A stretch of DNA of 64,000 bases from positions 68,882,001-68,946,000 of the forward strand of contig OZ024740.1 in NCBI GenBank assembly GCA_964016885.1, in the 5' to 3' direction. The DNA comes from Eledone cirrhosa (lineage: Eukaryota). Position 1 is the first letter of the stretch; each line of letters begins with the position of its first letter. The notes below the pieces were generated by a model that did no database searches, had not been told where the DNA came from, and worked only from the letters and a program-made list of their open reading frames with translations. Both the position numbers and the translations under genes were made by a program. Shown piece after piece: positions 55,319-64,000 of this stretch.

Positions 55319-56508
55319 TCAGGATTTATATTCCTGTTGGTGTTCGCTTGATGAACTTTTGGTCGTGATATTATATTTGGTTTCGTTATGTATTTAGTCC
55401 TATTTTTGGTATTCTGTATATTATTATCCTTCCTGTTAGCATTATTTTTAACAATCTGGGAAAATGACCTAGGTTTGCTTTCAGGTTTAGATCGTTTTTT
55501 CGTCCAGTTTCTTGTGGGCAATCTCTGTTGAGATATTGAGAGTGATCTGGTTATTCTACGTTTTGTTTCCACATTCCTTGTTGTTAGTCTCTGTTGAGAT
55601 CTTGAGAATGATCTCCTGGTTTTACTACTTCTCATGGTCTGGTCAAAGGAATACCTATCGTGTTTGTGCTTTTTGTTCATGTTGTGTGCGATAGGGTGTT
55701 TTTGTAGAAAAAGCGAAGAGTTATTACCGTAGTTCTTCTTTGATTCAAGGTAAGGTGAGTGTTTGTGTTGGCACGTGTTCTGGCGTATGTTGTGTTGATG
55801 AGATTGTCCACTTTTAATGCTTTTTCTCAGGGTTCCAGAGTCTTTACCGTAATTTGCAGCATATTCATCGAGAAATAATTGTTTCTGCTGCCATACCTTT
55901 CTTGATTTGTTTTCTTCTTTTAAGATATCTCCGATCCATAGTTCTAGTAGTTTTTCAGCTATAATACCAGTCGTTAGCTTTGAAATTTCAACTTCAATTT
56001 GGTCATCAATAGCTTCATATTTGGCTTTGTAGTGGGATTGTTTACATTCAGAAATGAAGATGTCGGTCCTGAATTTTGTCAATGTAAGTTCCCATCGGAG
56101 TTTTGTTTCTTCTTCTGGTTCTCCTGCAATTTCTGTAATTAGGTATTTACGAGGGAGTATGGGTGCCCTTAGAGAGAGCCATTTCGAATGTGTTTCGACA
56201 TATTTTTCGCATCTGTATGCTTTCCAGAAATTTTGTTTTCTTATGTTAAGGAATTTTTTCCATGTCTTCCACATTTCTTTTCTTATTCGATGTGTTTTGT
56301 TTTCCAAATTTCTTTCGTTTATTTCTGACATCCAAGGGGGTTGTGGTAGGCTTTCTCTTGTATCTTTGATAACTGTTGGTATAATTTCAGCTAAATTCTT
56401 AATTTCAGAGTTTATATGTTCAGTTATAAGTTTTCCGTCTGTAGATTGTTTTTCTACAGACGTACAGAAACATATGTATATATCGATGCACAGTGGGGTC
56501 ACATCCAT
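55225..56508 (-). CDS. upstream ORF1 of the Neptune-type PLE (helical domain plus basic R/S/K/N-rich tail)
   Basis: 427 uninterrupted codons of non-repetitive sequence. Overlaps the RT frame by ~94 nt across a T TTT TTA site. Start uncertain. Confidence 0.7.
   Translation of the reverse strand: MDVTPLCIDIYICFCTSVEKQSTDGKLITEHINSEIKNLAEIIPTVIKDTRESLPQPPWMSEINERNLENKTHRIRKEMWKTWKKFLNIRKQNFWKAYRCEKYVETHSKWLSLRAPILPRKYLITEIAGEPEEETKLRWELTLTKFRTDIFISECKQSHYKAKYEAIDDQIEVEISKLTTGIIAEKLLELWIGDILKEENKSRKVWQQKQLFLDEYAANYGKDSGTLRKSIKSGQSHQHNIRQNTCQHKHSPYLESKKNYGNNSSLFLQKHPIAHNMNKKHKHDRYSFDQTMRSSKTRRSFSRSQQRLTTRNVETKRRITRSLSISQQRLPTRNWTKKRSKPESKPRSFSQIVKNNANRKDNNIQNTKNRTKYITKPNIISRPKVHQANTNRNINPEQRKIHFLTSGQQKPEKEKLQEETYPKQLYT
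55297..55303 (-). promoter_or_regulatory. candidate -1 ribosomal frameshift slippery site U UUU UUA
   Basis: In ORF1 phase (caT TTT TTA) with RT in the -1 frame. Same arrangement at 48949-48955. Confidence 0.7.
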
Positions 56509-57132
56509 TATAATATTTTAGCATGGCAATTTACATTCATAAATTAAAATTATATTAAAAGAAAATTAAAAAAAAATTAAAGTTAAAATACATCGGCAGT
56601 TTACGAAGATAATGCAAGAGGATAGTTTGAAGTAGTTAGTGTATGCAATAGTTACACGTGGGGCATGCACGTGTGTCTTATTTATACAAGATTATTGTGC
56701 GGCAAGGTGTTATATGCAATACAAGCACTCTAAGCGGGTAACCAAGAGTATTATGGGGGTTGTATTGGTAAAGTATTTTTTATGTATGATAAAGAAGCTT
56801 GTGTGCAGAGAAATATTAAACATGAGAAGCAAAATAATGTTAGGGTTTTTGTATGCACCACCATTTTCACAATCCAGGAAACGTAGTATATAGATTATAT
56901 GTCCTTCACATAATTAACGATGATTCAGTATTAGATGCTTGATTTATTAGGTTAGATTATTACAGCTTGTTGTTCTTTAATCCAATTTTATAGAGCAGGT
57001 TGTTTTTGTTGCGAGAATTTACATCCTTTCATTTTCCGGAAGTGTGTGTGTGATTAAGGGGAGTTAATGCGTGTGGAGAGGTAACTAGGTGATTTCTATA
57101 ACTAAATATAACTTCTATATATATATATATAA

Positions 57133-57196
<64 letters not shown>

Positions 57197-57539
57197 GAAA
57201 GGTATAGAAAACATTGTATCAAAAAGCCAACAGTATTCCACAATATATAATATATATATATATACACATATATATAAACGGAGAAAATGAAACGAAATTT
57301 CATTTCCAACTCTTAGTACAGGTGTTACTTAAAATATAAGTATGTACACGTACATGCATATATGTATACAGACGTACAGTAGTATGTATATATATACATA
57401 CGTGCACACATATATATATGTACGTATGGATTCACCGAACAGTTATTATAATGCTCAGTGTGTTTGTAAACAAACATCCCGTATTAAAGCGTAGTGTCCT
57501 GCAACCATCGTTGCTCGTTTGTTCAATACTGACAAAGGA

Positions 57540-57582
57540 ACGCTGTACTAGTTTCAAGCTTATTAGCTATCGTCAGCAACGT
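57540..57582 (-). ncRNA. type I hammerhead motif
   Basis: ACGTTG-CTGACGA-tAGCT aata AGCTt-GAAA-CTAG-TA-CAGCGT. Confidence 0.7.
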
Positions 57583-58090
57583 ATACCTTCCTGCCAGATT
57601 GTTTAACGTATATACTTACCTTATGCATATTAACGGCTGAGCAGCCCAATTTGCATATCGAGTGGGTTAATCGGCCGGGTGCACCAAACACGATAAACGG
57701 AAAAAATGAAACGAAATTTCATTTCCCACTCTTAGTACGGCTGTTACTTTAATATAAGTATGTACACGCACGGGATGTTTGTTTACAAACACACCGATCA
57801 TTATAATAAATGTTCGGTGAATCCATACGTACATATATATATATGTGTGCATATATGTATATATATATACATACTACTGTACGTCTGTATACATATATGT
57901 ATGTACGTGTACATACTTATATTTAAGTAACAGCCGTACTAAGAGTGGTAAATGAAATTTCGTTTCATTTTTTCCGTTTATCGTTTACGGACCACCCGGC
58001 GATTAACCCACTCGATATGCAAATTGGGCTACTCAGCCGTTAATATGCATAAGGTAAGTATATACGTTCAATAATCTGGCAGGAAGGTAT

Positions 58091-58133
58091 ACGTTGCTGA
58101 CGATAGCTAATAAGCCTGAAACTAGTACAGCGT
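58091..58133 (+). ncRNA. type I hammerhead motif (mirror copy)
   Basis: Same motif with palindromic stem III ACTAGT and a GUA site at 58125-58127. Confidence 0.7.
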
Positions 58134-58334
58134 TCCTCTGTCAGTGTTGAACAAACGAGCAACGATGGTTGCTGGACACTACGGCTTAATACGGGATGTT
58201 TGTTTACAAACACACCGAGCATTATAATAAATGTTCGGTGAATCCATATGTACATATATATATATGTGTGCATGTATGTATATAGATATACATACTACTG
58301 TACGTCTGTATACATATATGTATGTACGTGTACA

Positions 58335-58390
<56 letters not shown>

Positions 58391-58493
58391 TGTGTGTATG
58401 TGTATATATATATTACTTTTGTACGTGCTTCAGACTATATTGGAACACCATCATTGAATGTTAAACTTTCTACAGCCAGCTTTCCTTGGTTGG

Positions 58494-58890
58494 CTATTGA
58501 TTCAAAATAGAGTTTGTTGTTGCGGCCCTTATTTGCGCTTCGCTACGTGTTCTGGGTGTCTCCGGGATATTGGTCAGCAATATGACGTGATGTCTCTTAG
58601 AAACCTCTACATACACACCATGTAGATCTCTCAGAATTTTTGGAGATTTACTAAAATACTGAGGCCACTTCAAACCCAGAGTATTGCATATCTGGTTATT
58701 ATTAAATGTGCGACAGATTGGATCTTTTTGCACTACACAGAGACGTCTTGTTCGTGGGCTGCTCCTACCTGTAATGTCAAAGTTTGGCGCTAAAACTTCC
58801 ATGATCTTCCATACGTATATCACTGCGTATCTCTTTCGTCTTCGCTCCAAGGATTAAAGCTTTATAGTGTTCTGCTTCTCCAAGTAGATC
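58494..58890 (-). pseudogene. CR1/L2-group LINE ORF2 3' fragment
   Basis: SLERRRKRY..IYVWKI..L.PN, PK.LRDLHG..VEV.KR, typical of the CR1-type C-terminus. Confidence 0.6.
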
Positions 58891-59149
58891 ACATTGACGC
58901 AATATTTATTTCAGATGGGAACGATTTCCTCGCGGACTCGAGGAAATAGGAAGGATAGTTTCAGTCGAAATATATGATGGCCACCTTTTGAAAGTAATTT
59001 TAATCTCAAATAAATTTTGCATTCCTTTTTCTTTTATGTATTGTATACGTTAATGTGTTCGGATCTAACAATCTTATTACTTTAGAAATGAGGAACAACT
59101 CAATATGTATTATACATATACTTTTACACTTAACTTATTCTTCACCGAC

Positions 59150-60560
59150 TTATTCCTGGAAGAGTCGGTGTGGCAGAGTTTTCAATCCCATATTCCAGTT
59201 TGTCCTGCCAGAAACAACTGACTCAAATTGATACGACTGGATCCACAAACAAAACCAGGCAATCTCATGGATGTTATTTAGCCATCTTGCTCGGATTCTG
59301 ACTCTGGGTCTCCTGTAGGCTGGTTTTGCTTCTGAAACCTTTCAAGGCTTCTTTTCTGAGACATTCTACCCACATGTACTTTGTATTAGAGCTATGCTCT
59401 CTAAATTCGGTGAAGTAGCGGCTTTAACTTGCGCAACTCTCTGATCGCCGAGCTACATCCTATTCCAAGTAATGTCATTTCAAAGAGCCTTCAGAGAAAA
59501 CCCATTTCAGCCGCTTGTATTCACGATCGTATTCTTTCAGTCATTCCCCATGATTCATGATCATCGGACACGGCTGGCTCGAATACCCAATTAAAGATAA
59601 CAAGTTTTGCTTTTATAACTATAACCCTTCTTCTGATCATAGAATGCTGAAGCTAATGAATTACATCATCTAAAACTTTTGAACTTAATTCAGCTTCTTG
59701 GTTTCATATCTCATAAAAATGACTCATATAATTTCTCCACATGCTTCAGTAGGACCCACTCACATTTAGAGTGCACTCTGCAGGATTATTGGACAGAAAT
59801 AACGTCTAAGACATCGCAGCACAGATTTTCATTCTTGCCATGCAACAATCGGCAGAAAATCTCTCAAGTGCGTGAGGGAGATCACCTACTCAAATTCCAG
59901 CCGACTGAACCTATATCCACCTGTCCTTATACCACTTTCAACCCGGCTGTGTATAGCAATCATAGAAAATTGACAGTAGGCAGACTTGGTGGAGTCCGCT
60001 ACCCACGTTGAATGGTTCCGATTTAGCACAACTTATTCGACCGCAGACACTTGATCATTTTCATAGAGACCAGGACAAGAAGCTGTCCACCGATCCCATG
60101 CTATGACAGAACCTTGTACAACAGGCCCACGGAACGGGCGTTATATACCTGTTCGTGTTCTCCGAGAGCATAGAGTTCCTGGCAATCCTCCCTATGTTTC
60201 TAGAAAACCTGTTGCGGTCTGAATAACTGGTCGGCTGTGTTGCCTCCAAGGCGAAAGCCGCACTGTTCGATAGTTAGCTTGAACTCGAAAAGCTACCTAC
60301 ATCTCTTTGATAGTCAAACAGCATAGATTTTACTATGGAGGCCAAATACATGGGAGATCAGCAAATATAGTATTCTGGCCAATCGGCCAGAATACTATAT
60401 GCGCAGACCTTCATAATAAGTCCTTCTGCAGGGCGCCTTCTGCAGGGTGTCTGAAGTATAGCAAGACGCAGTTTCACATGAGTGCTTCTATCGATTGTCG
60501 GCCAGTTCCTGTTTAAAGAAGTTTGTTTCTAGATCCACATTTCTGTTATAGACCCGATGC
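59150..60560 (-). pseudogene. decayed RTE-like LINE RT fragment
   Basis: SEPFNVGSGL.QVCLLS (GxRQGCxLSP-like) near 59970-60020. Remainder degenerate. Confidence 0.45.
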
Positions 60561-61368
60561 AAGCATCAATCTACTCATCAGACTAGTTAATCGAGCTGAA
60601 ATTAAAATTTCATTAGATGACATACACTATCGTGTGGAATCTATTCACATGCATATATCCCCAAGCATTCAGTGTATGATTATGCATGAATAGTTCTGTT
60701 AGTGTGTGCACGTGTGTGCTCTGACGACCCGCGTATGGTCATTCTAATTCGTGTAAATACCCATAATTGTACATATACAAGAATGCATGCTCTTGTGCAT
60801 ATGTCTGAGTATGTTTATATTTGTGTGTATGCCTGTGTATGTATATGCGTGTGTTTATGCGTGCAGGTGTATACGTATGTGTGTACAACCCAGAGAGTTA
60901 GTCATTGCTAGGTGGACCGTCACTTCAGTAGGTTTCAACAAGAGCAACCGCGACAATAACAACTACTACACAGTCGTGGACACTAGCTAGAAGAAAGAGG
61001 TATGTATGTAAATATATATATAATTATATATGTAAATATATATATGTATATATGTATATATGTATATATGTATATATATATATATATATATACGTTTGTA
61101 TTTTCTATGTGCGGATCGACAAATATAAATGGACACTTGACATGATAATATCAGTTTTGCTGTCGATATGATCGACTAAATCAAGCTGGTCTTCAACCAT
61201 GGCCACACTCTAATGGCTGTATCCAGTAAAAGAATGAAAGTAGATTAAAAGGATATATATATATACCACGCCATTATGGTCTTCCTCATCATCATAATCA
61301 CCAAGGTGGCAAGGGTTAGACAATACACACACCATGTGCATATATATACATACATATATATATATATA

Positions 61369-61476
<108 letters not shown>

Positions 61477-61879
61477 TGTGTGTGTGTGTGTGTGTCGGTG
61501 AGGGTATATGTATGTATATATGTATGTTTGTATGTATGTGTGTGTTACTCGTTATGTGTTTCACCTCTATCTATATATATTCTTCTAACAAAGCTAAGTC
61601 CCTTTCCCAGTCAATAAACCATTAGAATCGTGGTTTCACCACCGGAAGGAATTTTATATTACGCCAACGTTCATCGTCACAAAATCACGAACAAATGTAA
61701 ACATGTAGAACAAATTGAAATGCACGTAGGCTAAAACATTTTACATCGACGATGCATTCCTATTCATGAGGACAAACATAAATATACACAGGGAAATACA
61801 CGAGGGAAACAAACGCATGCATAAGTGTACTATCAACTAACAACTGTAAATACTGACGAGGACATTCACACATCAAGAT

Positions 61880-61972
<93 letters not shown>

Positions 61973-62056
61973 AATACCAACACAAACATGCATATGCATT
62001 TATAGAAAATTACATTTGCTTACATGACTCTCTCATATATATCTATGAATCTCTCT

Positions 62057-62106
<50 letters not shown>

Positions 62107-62151
62107 CTCAGTCTCTTTCTCTCTCAGTCTCTTACTCTCTCAATCACTTTC

Positions 62152-62205
<54 letters not shown>

Positions 62206-62482
62206 TCTCTGTGTCTCTGCGTGTGTGTATGCGGGGGTCTGTGTGTTTGTGTGTGTGTGCCTGGGTATGTGTGAGCATGTGTTGTGTTATTCGTATATGC
62301 ATGCTGAGTGCGTATGGCTGTTGATTAATTCTAGTATTATTAGTTAGCTAACTGTAGATATATAAATGAGGTGACTGAAACAATTTTGTGTTAACGATAT
62401 GTTTTATCCCTGAATGAACACACATATATACTCGTGCGGTATCACACACACAAACAAATATATATGCATGTACGTATATCTA

Positions 62483-62514
<32 letters not shown>

Positions 62515-62692
62515 GAAGCTTTCACCGTATTTTGGGGACTAAAGTATACTTATCTTTTTCCATTTCTCTGAGGGTTCTAAACCCCACTGTCAGGGTAAAA
62601 TTACTTTAGTCAAAAAGAAAAAAGAAAAAAAAATATATATATATATAGAGAGAGAGAGAAGGGAAAGAGAGGGGGAGAGAGATAGAGAGATT

Positions 62693-62740
<48 letters not shown>

Positions 62741-63291
62741 CGCGCAGATGCTAATGAATTAATTGAATACGTGATGTGATAAATAGGTACGTTTTGTTGG
62801 AAATACAAGTTCAACAACAAAGTCTATTACGAGAAATTGATCTGTTTTCGATTTTCTATCGAATTCTCTCACAGCTATGGCAGGTTCATTATGAAACGAG
62901 ATATTTATTGAACTAACGCACCTTTGTATGTTATTGACAAACTGCTGTATCCAAGATATATTGATCCATAGCTTTTGTCTTTCACACAGTCGTTGCAAGT
63001 GTATTTATTGCTGGGAGTGATTTTTTTTTATGTGTGTATGAATTTTTCTTTTCTCGAGCACGCGTATATCTATACTGTAATATATGAATAGTCTTTTCCT
63101 CCGAACATCTCCATTGCTCCTCCTTTAAAACCAACAATCACATGAGAGCAATGACTCCACCCATGTTGACCAAAGAGAAATAACCTGCATGGTCAAACAA
63201 AATGCTAGAATTAGTACCCACATTTCTTTCATCATTCTGGATGCTTGGTGTAAGATCAATAATAATAATAATCATAATAATAATAATAATA

Positions 63292-63503
63292 ATTTCTTAT
63301 ATGAGCACAAGGCCAGCAATTTGGGGGAAGGGGAAAGTCGATCAAATCGACCCAAGTGCGTGACTCGTACTTTATTTTAATGACCCCGTAAGGATGGAAG
63401 GCAAAGCGAACCTCGGCAGGATTTGAACTCAAACCGTAAAGGACCGCAATTCTATGCCGTAAAGAATGTTGCCCGACGCTCTACCGATACAGCCAATCCA
63501 CCG
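63292..63503 (-). mobile_element. SINE with (ATT)n tail
   Basis: Reverse complement of the SINE consensus. Confidence 0.8.
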
Positions 63504-63519
63504 AACTGAAATAATTACT

Positions 63520-64000
63520 TCATTCTGAGAAATGGCACAAGCATAAACTAGAGTCAGTGATAGAAAACGATCGGGTGAAGATGGTATGGGTTTTAGGATA
63601 TAAATTAACAAAGAAAGAAGGTCCCAACTGGTGGTTGTTCACAAGGAAAACAAGATCATGCTTGATTATAGATATAGTTTGCCCTTTTGATATAAGAATG
63701 CAAGAAAAGGTGAAGAAGAAAATTAACTGGTACCAGGATCTAAAGTGGGAGGTGAAAATGATTTGGGACTGCCATGAGATCAAGGTCGTCCTCAGCATCA
63801 TGGCAGCACTAGATACTATCTCAAAGAGTTTCCAATGCTGATTAAAGAACGGTGGCTCATCCCGCTATTTTGGAACACTCCAAAAGGCATGCCTACTTGG
63901 AACAGCAAGGACAATCTGATACGTTCTGATTACCTGAGGCTGCCGGTAGCGGCTTGATGTTCATTATGGCAAATGTTCTGGTTAAATAACATCAATTACC
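63520..64000 (+). mobile_element. older Dong/R4 3' fragment related to the 28-31 kb element
   Basis: HSEKW..SCLIIDIVCPFD..YQDLKWEVK..KACLLGTART plus a homologous 3' UTR. Runs off the window. Confidence 0.8.

Larger units (their letters stand above)
57274..58337. mobile_element. divergent pair of ~420-nt partial-tandem hammerhead repeats (retrozyme-like)
   Basis: Period 419 on the left (57274 and 57693) and 421 on the right (57770 and 58191). The right block is the reverse complement of the left unit. Confidence 0.75.

Noticed and set aside
62759-62998. 79-aa non-repetitive ORF as a host exon
   Set aside because: No recognisable motif or convincing splice context. The same applies to 39956-40147.

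Overview
AT-rich animal DNA full of microsatellites, with no host gene I can recognise. The recurring tRNA-derived SINE suggests an octopod cephalopod, which is an inference from remembered SINE sequence. The window is almost entirely retroelements nested in (TA)n, (CA)n and (AAT)n tracts. It holds two Neptune-type and three Hydra-type Penelope-like elements (PLEs), a near-intact Dong/R4 LINE plus relics, CRE-, CR1- and RTE-like relics, a clean non-autonomous Helitron, about ten SINE copies, and many short inverted PLE pseudo-LTR inserts. Three signals stand out. (1) Two divergent endonuclease-bearing PLEs both have an upstream ORF joined to RT by an in-frame T TTT TTA slippery site with RT in the -1 frame, a gag-pol-like programmed frameshift in elements normally described as single-ORF. 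(2) About ten unrelated families carry type I hammerhead ribozyme motifs, including two non-coding partial-tandem units of about 420 and 480 nt that look like retrozyme or circular-RNA integrants. (3) The inverted inserts follow a recurring one-long-tail, one-short-tail rule. All alignments and folds were done by eye.
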